The notes beneath the pieces are model-generated. The model worked only from the letters and a program-made list of their open reading frames with translations, ran no database searches and was not told where the DNA came from. A stretch of 37,986 nucleotides of DNA, from assembly GCA_964558645.1 (NCBI GenBank), contig CAZLEV010000026.1, forward strand, positions 1 through 37,986, written 5' to 3'. This DNA is from an uncultured archaeon. Lineage in GTDB: Archaea; Asgardarchaeota; Thorarchaeia; Thorarchaeales; Thorarchaeaceae. The stretch's first letter is position 1, and every line of letters begins with the position of its first letter. Positions 30,464 to 37,986 of this stretch are shown here, piece after piece. Made by a program: the position numbers and the translations under genes.

Positions 30464-32016
30464 GGTATCACCTCGATGATCTGTGTGTAGCGGACCCATC
30501 GTGCTCCTGCTGACAGGTATATCTGACAACCCATGTCAGGAGCTGATGTCTGCAGGCAGTCATCGATGCTGTACTGACCATCCTCCGGTAGCATCACCAG
30601 TCTCAGCCCAATGGACCAGTCGGGGACAGTTGTGCCGTTATAGGAATAGGCCAATATCATGTCGCCCTGCCGCTGGTACCAGCTCTCGTTCGGATGCACA
30701 TTGCCGTAGCAGAATTCTTGTTGATAGCCATCATTAGCAATCACTCTTAGTGTATCTTGGGTAGTCATACCACCCACTAGGGATAGCAGGTCTGAAATCT
30801 TCACGCCTACATAGTCACCCTGGCCTCGCCAGTTTCCAAGCTGATTCTGGAAAGAGGAGAACCCCTCTATCGCTGGTAACTGCATCAGGTCGCCTATTGT
30901 AAGAGTTATGTCCTCTTCATTACCCCGAATGACAACTTGATCTCTTGCAAAGGAAGGCTCTCCTAAGGGGACGGGTTCAATTCTAATCTGGGAGTCGGAC
31001 ACCGTGACGTTGACGTAGTGGTGTATACCACCCTTCCCAGCATCTTCATAGAGAGTAGCACCTGCTCCCCCAGTTATGACATAGGTCAGGTTGTTTCGAG
31101 TACTGACATTAAACATATGGATATGGCCTGCAAAGACAACATTCACCGATTCAGATTCAAAGATATTCATGAGGCGTGTGGCCGTGGTGGTATTGAGTAA
31201 TGTATGATTGCCATCCGCTCGCGGGTCAAATGGTGGGATGTGTGTGAAGACAAACTTGTACTGTGCTTTTGCAGTGGAGAGGTCATCCTCAAGCCATTGC
31301 AGTATTGTTTCTGACACATCACCAGCTGATGAGTCGAAGATGGCAAAATGCGCGCCACCAAAATCAAAGGAGTAGGTGGAGGGGCCGTATCTGCTCTGAT
31401 ATAGCTGGCCCCCGTTCAACTTGATATCATGATTTCCGGCTGTGAGAAAGAGGGGAACGGAGAGATTTCTCGTGGCGTCATCAAATCGTTGGTATTGTTC
31501 CTCTTGACCGAAGGGAGTGATGTCACCACAGTGGAACAGCATGTTTGGTCGAGATTGTTGAGCAGTAGCAACAATGGTTTCTATGGATCCCTGATAACCC
31601 TGCGAATCGCCGAAGACATAGAAATTCAGAGGAGATTTGGATGAGGTTTCCATGGTAAGGGTCGCGTTCTTCTCGTAACCGTCCAGTCGAATTGCCTTAG
31701 AAGACTGGGTTGAGCCAATCACAGAATACGAGGCGTCCGATGAAAAAGTGACTCTATTGGGGTCTATATTGGTGATTATGATATCGTAACTGCCCAGTCG
31801 GTTGCCAGTTTTTGCTGAGAGATAGAGTTGCATGGAGAGAGCCATCGCACGGATGACTGTCTGGGTGACAGTCTGGCTTAGGACGTATCCACCATCAACC
31901 ACTACGTCTGGCGCTAAAGCAGGCGTACTGAAGAACACTAGATATACCGACCCCACACTTGCAGTAAAGATGACAATGATGCTCATGAGAGCAAGGGCTT
32001 CTCTTCTCTGGTTCAT
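30460..32016 (-). CDS. Membrane-anchored calcineurin-like metallophosphoesterase with C-terminal molybdopterin-binding-like domain
   Basis: N-terminal TM helix. GD, GD, GNHD, H and GHIH metal motifs. C-domain Y.GV.ISDLL...A.DGY...ILAY..NG...LRLV...RWVR. Confidence 0.85.
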   Translation of the reverse strand: MNQRREALALMSIIVIFTASVGSVYLVFFSTPALAPDVVVDGGYVLSQTVTQTVIRAMALSMQLYLSAKTGNRLGSYDIIITNIDPNRVTFSSDASYSVIGSTQSSKAIRLDGYEKNATLTMETSSKSPLNFYVFGDSQGYQGSIETIVATAQQSRPNMLFHCGDITPFGQEEQYQRFDDATRNLSVPLFLTAGNHDIKLNGGQLYQSRYGPSTYSFDFGGAHFAIFDSSAGDVSETILQWLEDDLSTAKAQYKFVFTHIPPFDPRADGNHTLLNTTTATRLMNIFESESVNVVFAGHIHMFNVSTRNNLTYVITGGAGATLYEDAGKGGIHHYVNVTVSDSQIRIEPVPLGEPSFARDQVVIRGNEEDITLTIGDLMQLPAIEGFSSFQNQLGNWRGQGDYVGVKISDLLSLVGGMTTQDTLRVIANDGYQQEFCYGNVHPNESWYQRQGDMILAYSYNGTTVPDWSIGLRLVMLPEDGQYSIDDCLQTSAPDMGCQIYLSAGARWVRYTQIIEVIP

Positions 32017-32115
32017 CTGGGTCCGTTACTCCATTGAGTGATATGCATGGCCGTATATATCGCTTGTCTGAAGCAGTTAAGAAGCTTAGCACTTGTTCAT
32101 AAACGCGCATACCTA

Positions 32116-34077
32116 TTATCCCGACTTGGTGATTTGCACAATGGTTGAATTGAAAGTAGATCCACCACCAAGTCTTTGAGGGGTCGAAAGAGTAATTGAG
32201 TTGGTGGGCCGTCCATCCAAATCAGATCCTTGGCGAGGCACCCATAGGACCCCTCGCGGAACGGAGTCAGTGGGTTGAGCTCGCATTTTAAGCTCCCCTC
32301 TTTCATTCGAAATCATCACTGTGTTACCGAGAGCAATGTCCCTCTCCTCTGCATCAAGAATGTTCATCCTTACTACAGCAGGAATAGGACCGTAGACCTC
32401 TTGAAACTGAGTGTGACTATACCTCGATATTGCACTATTCAGGAGAATAAACTCCTTAGATTGCATAGGTATCGAGTAATACTGGGGAGTAGGTGCTACA
32501 CCAATCTCCTTTGCGCTGGATGAATAGAGCTCAATCTTCCCTGATGGTGTAGGATAGTGGTCAAGAGAACGGTATGCCAACTCCACACATTTGCCGCTCA
32601 TCAAATCTTCAAATGACGCGCTCTTCAGAGACCCTTTCATGGCAATTCGTAGTGCATCCCAAGGATTCTCAAACAACCAATCGTCATCCAATTCCAAACA
32701 TTCTGCAATCTGACGCATCAACCATATCTCATCCCTGCTTTCATGCAGAGGCGACACTGTATTCCTAGATGCCATTGTATAACGATGTGCCCAGGCAATT
32801 GTTACGTCATCCTTCTCTAGGTAGGTGGGAGCGGGAAGGATGAGATTCGCGTAGTCTGTTGTTTCAGTCCAGTGTGTTTCGTGCACAACAACGAAGACAT
32901 CATCTCGAAGCAATCCCTTTCTGAATATTGTTTGGTTAGGTATTGTTAGGGCAGGGTTCATGTTGTAGATGAAAATGAACTTGAACTTGCCACGCTCAAT
33001 CAATGATGCAAGGTTTACCTGGCTGACAGTATTCCAATCATTCTTTGACTGGCTCTTACCACTAAGATACAAATTGTCAATACTGAACCCACTCTCGTTG
33101 CTGTAGAAGAAACCTCTGTGGTTCCCTACGAGGCTCGGAAGAAGGGCAACGGCCCTGGTTGACTCGGCACCTTGTAGATTCTTTTGCATGCCCACCCCAA
33201 TCATGGTTGCACTGGGACTGCATCCGGCATACAGGTCTGCCAGGGCACGAATGACTTGGCCGTCCAAACCGGATATGGCTGATGCTTTGTCAAGTGACCA
33301 ACGGGAAATCTCTTGAGCATAGCGCTCGTAACCGGTGGTATGTGCCTTGATGAACTCTTGATTCGCCTTTCCCGTCTCAATGAGATAATTTGCGATGGCA
33401 AGAGCTACGGGAGTGTCCGTACCCGGATTAATACGAATCCATTTGTCAGCCCTTTCTGCAGTCTTTGTTCTACGGGGATCGATGACTATTATCTCCGCCG
33501 CATTCCTGTCACGGGCGTCTGATGCAAGAGCCCACAGGTGTGATGCACTTACCACCGCATTGAATCCCCAGAAGACTATCATCTTCATGTGAATCAGGTC
33601 ATCAGGTTGGATGCCGTAGTCTGACCCGTAGTGTAGCGAGATAGCATCTCTACCAGATTTTGCACAGAGAGCATGGTCGGTTCTTGTTGCACCAAGTGCA
33701 TTCCATAGACGCCGAGGGAAGTGCAAGGTGAGTAATCCAGTGTTTCCAAAGTAGTCCAACAAGAGGACGCTTTCCTTGCCATATTCTTGGATTGTGTTTC
33801 TGAGTCTGCTACTCAGATACTCTAATGCCTTTGGCCATGATACCTGATGTAATTCGCCCTTAGCCTTTTCACGAATGTAAGGATGCTTCACACGGTTTGT
33901 GACAAGACGGATCATATCCTTGGCCGCGCGAGGACAGGTGATACCTCGTGTGACTGGATGTTCAGGATCACCACGGATAGACTTGATCTGGCCGTCACTG
34001 TCGAATCCTACAAGAAGAGTACATGTATCATAGCAGTCTCTGGGACAGACTGTTCGAAATTCATAGGGAGCGGCCAT
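32116..34077 (-). CDS. Mo/W-bis-PGD oxidoreductase (DMSO reductase superfamily) catalytic subunit
   Basis: CPRDCYDTC...C [4Fe-4S] motif, VIDPRRTKTA..AD, PGTD and ETT.YA.LILPA..LEK. C-terminal MGD-binding domain. No TAT signal. Confidence 0.92.
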   Translation of the reverse strand: MAAPYEFRTVCPRDCYDTCTLLVGFDSDGQIKSIRGDPEHPVTRGITCPRAAKDMIRLVTNRVKHPYIREKAKGELHQVSWPKALEYLSSRLRNTIQEYGKESVLLLDYFGNTGLLTLHFPRRLWNALGATRTDHALCAKSGRDAISLHYGSDYGIQPDDLIHMKMIVFWGFNAVVSASHLWALASDARDRNAAEIIVIDPRRTKTAERADKWIRINPGTDTPVALAIANYLIETGKANQEFIKAHTTGYERYAQEISRWSLDKASAISGLDGQVIRALADLYAGCSPSATMIGVGMQKNLQGAESTRAVALLPSLVGNHRGFFYSNESGFSIDNLYLSGKSQSKNDWNTVSQVNLASLIERGKFKFIFIYNMNPALTIPNQTIFRKGLLRDDVFVVVHETHWTETTDYANLILPAPTYLEKDDVTIAWAHRYTMASRNTVSPLHESRDEIWLMRQIAECLELDDDWLFENPWDALRIAMKGSLKSASFEDLMSGKCVELAYRSLDHYPTPSGKIELYSSSAKEIGVAPTPQYYSIPMQSKEFILLNSAISRYSHTQFQEVYGPIPAVVRMNILDAEERDIALGNTVMISNERGELKMRAQPTDSVPRGVLWVPRQGSDLDGRPTNSITLSTPQRLGGGSTFNSTIVQITKSG

Positions 34078-34146
34078 CGGGTTTCCTGACTCCAAGTCTG
34101 GTAGTGGCCTCTTTGTGGTTAGTTCTATATTAAGTGGAGGAATGTG

Positions 34147-34929
34147 TCAATCGATAGGTATACCTTCCTGTCGTATTTGTTCAGAGAGCAATCTGATGCG
34201 CCTGTCCTCTCGCCAGACAGCAGTTTCTGCTAGTGTATCTCCGACAACCGACTGAAACCCTTCTTCGATTGTATCTGTACGGGACTGACCTAGCAGGTCG
34301 AGGTACGTATCCAAGAGATACCAGACTATCCTTCGCTTCTCTGGGGTGAAGATTGGGTTGGTGTCAAGGATGCTCGCCGCTACTCCACCGATGTCGAGAA
34401 GCCAGAGTCCTTCATGAGCCTCCTCGAAGTCTAGTCCCCAGAGCATATCATCAGCAAGAATGAAATTTCGGAGACGAGGATCACCTTTGACCATACCTGT
34501 AGTCTGGTGAAAATCGTAGTACCATTGTGCTAGTAATACCACGTATCGATTCTCTAGGGTACGATTCAGTACGTCAACCAATGTTTCGCCAGGGATGTAC
34601 TCCATAAGAATCACGCCGTCTTCTGCGCCATATACCTCAGGTACGGAGAGTCCTGCAGCACCACAGGAAACCAAGAGCTGGTGTTCCATCTCAAATCGCC
34701 CGGTGACAAAGAGCTTGCCAATCATCTTCTCTCCGGAAGTGAGACTAAGCCTGAGAACAACGTTCTTCTTGCTTCTCAGACGATCAACGCCAGTGACCGT
34801 GTCCGGCCCTCTTGCGTGTTCGTCAATAAGCCCGCGTAGCGTCTTCATACGTTCGGTATCCAACATCTGACCGTCTACACCACGTAGTCGTCCAGAGAGT
34901 CGATCAAGAGCGTCCATCGTCATCAGCAT
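34147..34929 (-). CDS. Protein kinase-like fold phosphotransferase (RIO/Bud32/Kdo/APH-like)
   Basis: VPEVY, LMEYIPG, GDPRLRNF catalytic loop and LDFE. Confidence 0.8.
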   Translation of the reverse strand: MLMTMDALDRLSGRLRGVDGQMLDTERMKTLRGLIDEHARGPDTVTGVDRLRSKKNVVLRLSLTSGEKMIGKLFVTGRFEMEHQLLVSCGAAGLSVPEVYGAEDGVILMEYIPGETLVDVLNRTLENRYVVLLAQWYYDFHQTTGMVKGDPRLRNFILADDMLWGLDFEEAHEGLWLLDIGGVAASILDTNPIFTPEKRRIVWYLLDTYLDLLGQSRTDTIEEGFQSVVGDTLAETAVWREDRRIRLLSEQIRQEGIPID

Positions 34930-35009
34930 ACCAACAGAAGATGTCTATTAGACTACCGACTGACCAATTACTCTTTAAGTCCAAGGCGAAAGCGCTCTCT
35001 TGATTGACA

Positions 35010-35225
35010 ATGGATGGTCGAATCTGTAACGCTGAGAAGAACAAGGAAGACTGCGGCTGCACATACCCTGGCTGTTCTCGCAAGGGGTACTGCTGTGACT
35101 GCATAAAATATCACTGGAAACACCGTGAACTGCCAGGTTGCCTCTTCCCGAAGAACGCTGAGAAGACCTACGATAGGTCCCTAGAGTATTTCATAAAAGT
35201 ATGGAACAAGGAATTGGGTTTGTGA
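35010..35225 (+). CDS. Small Cys-rich protein (DUF6485-like)
   Basis: C.CTY..C.RKG.CC.C..YH....ELP.C.F....E.TYDRS pattern. Confidence 0.8.
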   Translation: MDGRICNAEKNKEDCGCTYPGCSRKGYCCDCIKYHWKHRELPGCLFPKNAEKTYDRSLEYFIKVWNKELGL

Positions 35226-35300
35226 GAATGGCAGGCACAGCTCTCGTTTCCAAGAATCTTGATGGAAGCGCTTAAGAACAGAACAGGGATTGCGATGATG

Positions 35301-35403
35301 GGGCGCGTAGTCTAGAGGATAAGGCGCTTGCCTTCGGTGGGCCTTCTTTCGATGGTCCGAAGTAAGCAAGATGTCCCAGGTTCGAATCCTGGCGCGCCCG
35401 CCA
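35301..35403 (+). tRNA. tRNA-Arg(TCG) with a 27-nt intron at 37/38 (35338-35364)
   Basis: GGGCGCG/CGCGCCC-G-CCA acceptor stem. Canonical BHB: CTTC:GAAG helix, GG|T and TA|A bulges, GGGCC:GGTCC outer helix. Confidence 0.95.
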
Positions 35404-35553
35404 CTCATGTCCAACTTCTAAAAGATGTAGTGCATTTTGTTGTTTGTACGTCAGCTTCTCGTTTCCTCACATTCTAGTTTCTCAAAAACGAGAAACTTCT
35501 TCTAGACTCTAGATGGAGACCATACTAGACTATAATCCATCTCTCGCGTCTTA

Positions 35554-35700
35554 TGGTGAGTGAACGTCACCTGCAAGAGACTTCTGCGTTCCACCCCTCC
35601 CCTGCCAGTGTCACCACTCCCAGACACCCAAAGGATCTCTGAGTCAGCAGGGGCATTGTCCGCGCTCATGGGGATGGTATCCCTCCCACGGACCGGGTTT
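35554..35700 (-). ncRNA. Predicted omegaRNA/reRNA at the tnpB 3' end (5' limit uncertain)
   Basis: Position downstream of/overlapping tnpB. CCCCUGC/GCAGGGG stem and GAAG-hairpin-GUUCAC end. Second copy at 18359-18409. Confidence 0.6.
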
Positions 35701-37403
35701 CCTCCTCCTGTGCCTGTGCCGGGGCATCACTCCCGACCACAGCGAGGTCTTCCGCAGTACTTTCCACGGCGGGATCATCATCACCCATCTCGACCCCGTC
35801 GCCGAAGTCAAGAAGGCTCGATTGAGCATGGTGAACAGCCGCGGACTCTCCGGGACCTGATGTAGCCCCTTGTTTGGAGAGTAAGGACCTCCGTCGAGAA
35901 GAAGAGCTCTTCCCTCGGGCCTTCGGCCGCGAGCTCCCTGCAACTGCACTGGCCCACTTGCCTAGTCCTCTCACGTCATGCAGTGATGAGGTGAGCGTGA
36001 TATACCGTCCGGCGATGTTGATGGCTCCGTTCCTGTCAGCGTTGCAGCGGTTACCACAGGTCGGGCAGACAAAGTAGTTCTGTTTCGGCCTGTGGCCCCT
36101 CTGACCACATTTCCAGCAGATGATGGATGTCCAGCTCTCAGGAACAGCACGAAACCGGGAACCCTTTCCAGAAACATTCCAGCCAAGCTGTGCAAGCTGG
36201 AACTTGAGGCTCTCAGTGATGCGTGAGAAGGCCCAGGAGTGTATCATGGCCCGGAACTTCCGCCCCTTGTAGTTGCCACGTCTGGCCGCCGCCCGAATAT
36301 GCTTGAGCCTGCCCATAACCACATGAAGATTGTATCTCTCCGCCAACTCCGAGATGTAGTCAACCAGTTGTCGCACCAGTACCCGGTCGTACTCGCGGGT
36401 CACATTCGCTCTCTTCGAACTGATTAGCCGTAGCCGTCGGACCACCTTGTCGGTGGGTTGTCGGTTGTTCTGTCTGGTGTGATACTCGTGCTGCAGGTCT
36501 GCAACAAGCCCATCCAGCTGCTTGATCCGCAGGACCTTCTCAGTCTGGACGAAGTATCTGGTTTCCCGAACCTTCTCGGGAGTGACAAGAGCTGTGCATG
36601 CAGCCTTCTTGATACCCAGATCAATGCCGAGTACTGCAGGGGGTAGCTCTTTCCTCGGAGACTTGAGAACGTTGACCCTGACCGCAATAGTCACCCACCA
36701 TTTCTGCTGTCTGTCGGTGAATATCTGCAGCGCCTTCACCTCACCTCTCCCGAGCTGATTGAGATGGAAGGGAGACATCTTCAGGGGAATCAACAGTCGG
36801 TCGTGGATATTTCGTCCTTCGGGCGCAGAGTCTAGAGAGTCCCGCAGGTCAAGCCACCAGCGCGCAACCGTGGTATCGTGTTCTACCAGTTTGAACTCCC
36901 GCTTGAAGGCCCATCTAGGGATTCTCCGGGAAGAGACTATCCTGCAGGGGCGGGATGTCTTTCGCCCTTTCCTGCGGCGGCGCAGTTCAAGGTAACCCTC
37001 GTAGAGCTCCACAGCGGTCTTTCTGCACTCAGCAAGCTCGTTCTGAGACGCTCGGGGGTATCGTGCCTTCAGGTCATGAGGAACCGTCAGCCTCTTGCTG
37101 CAGCCCTTGCTGACCTTTATGGCCGTCAGTGTGAGCTCATCCAGTTTCCCGTCGTGGATTCGATTCTTATCGCGACCTATGAGCAGTTCATCTTCGTGTT
37201 CTTCAATCACTCCGAGAAAGGCCCGGATCACGCGGGTGTCACGTCCAACTATTTGCCGTAAGCGCTGTCTAGTCTTCTCTGTCATGACCTCCCATTTGAC
37301 AGGAACCTTGACCGAGATTGTGACACCATCAGACCGAGCCATCGCCTTCGCCTTTGAGGTATTTAAGTTTCTGACCTGTTTCAGTCAGGTGAGTTCACTC
37401 CCC
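35555..37403 (-). mobile_element. Non-autonomous tnpB-only element bounded by imperfect inverted repeats
   Basis: GGTGAGTGAACGTCACCTG (35555-35573) versus CAGGTGA-GTTCACTCCCC (37386-37403). Visibly GC-richer than its flanks. No transposase between the ends. Confidence 0.7.
35666..37342 (-). CDS. tnpB: TnpB-family RNA-guided nuclease with rearranged RuvC-II
   Basis: RuvC-I VLGIDLG. RuvC-II VVMGRL (Gly for Glu) with alternative Glu in VPESWTS. CWKC/CPTC Zn finger. RuvC-III NADRNGAINI. Confidence 0.92.
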   Translation of the reverse strand: MARSDGVTISVKVPVKWEVMTEKTRQRLRQIVGRDTRVIRAFLGVIEEHEDELLIGRDKNRIHDGKLDELTLTAIKVSKGCSKRLTVPHDLKARYPRASQNELAECRKTAVELYEGYLELRRRRKGRKTSRPCRIVSSRRIPRWAFKREFKLVEHDTTVARWWLDLRDSLDSAPEGRNIHDRLLIPLKMSPFHLNQLGRGEVKALQIFTDRQQKWWVTIAVRVNVLKSPRKELPPAVLGIDLGIKKAACTALVTPEKVRETRYFVQTEKVLRIKQLDGLVADLQHEYHTRQNNRQPTDKVVRRLRLISSKRANVTREYDRVLVRQLVDYISELAERYNLHVVMGRLKHIRAAARRGNYKGRKFRAMIHSWAFSRITESLKFQLAQLGWNVSGKGSRFRAVPESWTSIICWKCGQRGHRPKQNYFVCPTCGNRCNADRNGAINIAGRYITLTSSLHDVRGLGKWASAVAGSSRPKARGKSSSSRRRSLLSKQGATSGPGESAAVHHAQSSLLDFGDGVEMGDDDPAVESTAEDLAVVGSDAPAQAQEEETRSVGGIPSP

Positions 37404-37793
37404 CTTTTGTGAGAACAGAGGTTATTGAACTCGTAGAATTGCATAGTATGCAAGTATTTAAGTTCATTAAACAAATCTCTAAATAAAGTATGGAAGCCAA
37501 AGACGCTGTCTAGTGACCATTTTGGAGCATAGATCCGTTTATACACTATCGAGTAGAGATGGGTGGGTTCCCACGTTTTTTCTTTGGGTTTCCAATAGGG
37601 GCATCACGTGTTTCTCACAACCACGTCGTTACTGTCTAGAAGGCCACTCAACACCGAATTCTCCATCGATACAGGTATTTCGTTCAGGTCTTGGGCGTCA
37701 CGACAAAGGGACCCAGCCTCGCAATCTAGTCCCTCTCTCACACCATCTTCAGGAGTACAAAGACTGTGTGCAAGGCTACTCGGAGGAGCAACT

Positions 37794-37897
37794 ATGTGTA
37801 CGGGTGTACAATACATGAGGTCTAAGTGGAGAAACATCTGTACGGGGGTCCAATATGCGAAACCCGGCGGAGGAAGGATCTGTACGGGGGTACAGTA
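37794..37897. repeat. Three 20-bp palindromic repeats at an exact 42-bp period with 22-bp variable spacers
   Basis: ATGTGTACGGGTGTACAATA (37794), ATCTGTACGGGGGTCCAATA (37836) and ATCTGTACGGGGGTACAGTA (37878). Confidence 0.85.
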
Positions 37898-37986
37898 GCG
37901 ATATGACTGGAGAAGAGATGGTTGTTCGTCTGCAGTGCTTTCCCGCGGCTGCGAAGACTATGCCTCAGCCAGCTTGCGCATCTTTT

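Noticed and set aside
32116-34095. Selenocysteine/pyrrolysine recoding in the Mo oxidoreductase or elsewhere
   Set aside because: The probable ligand position is Cys (HALC). No in-frame TGA at a catalytic site and no convincing SECIS seen.
35476-35497. Palindrome AGTTTCTC-AAAAAC-GAGAAACT after tRNA-Arg as an att or dif site
   Set aside because: No integrase and no duplicated tRNA 3' end found in the window. It may simply be a terminator.
35666-37897. Calling tnpB plus the triple repeat a type V CRISPR-Cas system
   Set aside because: Only three 20-bp repeats, spacers share a motif, no cas1/cas2, and the tnpB has its own omegaRNA-type end.

Overview
Archaeal chromosome segment, by inference Asgard (Thorarchaeota-like): split rpoA'/A'', unsplit rpoB, BHB-intron tRNAs, HEAT-repeat and surface proteins. 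The core is the minus-strand tRNA-Lys-rpoB-rpoA1-rpoA2-L30e-nusA-S12-S7 cluster, which lacks rpoH in front and EF-2/EF-1a behind. There are four tRNAs (Lys-TTT, Asp-GTC with intron, Tyr-GTA, Arg-TCG with intron). Housekeeping genes include a nucleoside phosphorylase, flavodoxin, SIS protein, SDR, pcm, fen and a GNAT. An orphan DUF1156-type DNA methyltransferase probably starts at CTG. The most interesting signals are: (1) an ECF transporter operon whose S component and a membrane-anchored phosphoesterase both carry Cys-less molybdopterin-binding-like domains, next to a Mo/W oxidoreductase (candidate pterin/Moco salvage system); (2) a transposase-less TnpB with the Fanzor-type rearranged RuvC site, bounded by short inverted repeats, plus a 48/51-nt detached copy of its omegaRNA 3' end 17 kb away with a different flank; (3) an unannotated operon of three microproteins after rps7, two of them paralogous (ST[QE]A[IV][GA]Y[AS]Y[YF]); (4) a secreted rhodanese plus halocin-C8-like Cys-rich protein with a candidate immunity gene; (5) a structured RNA in place of rpoH; (6) a 42-bp-period palindromic triple repeat. 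All calls come from reading motifs by eye; no searches were run.
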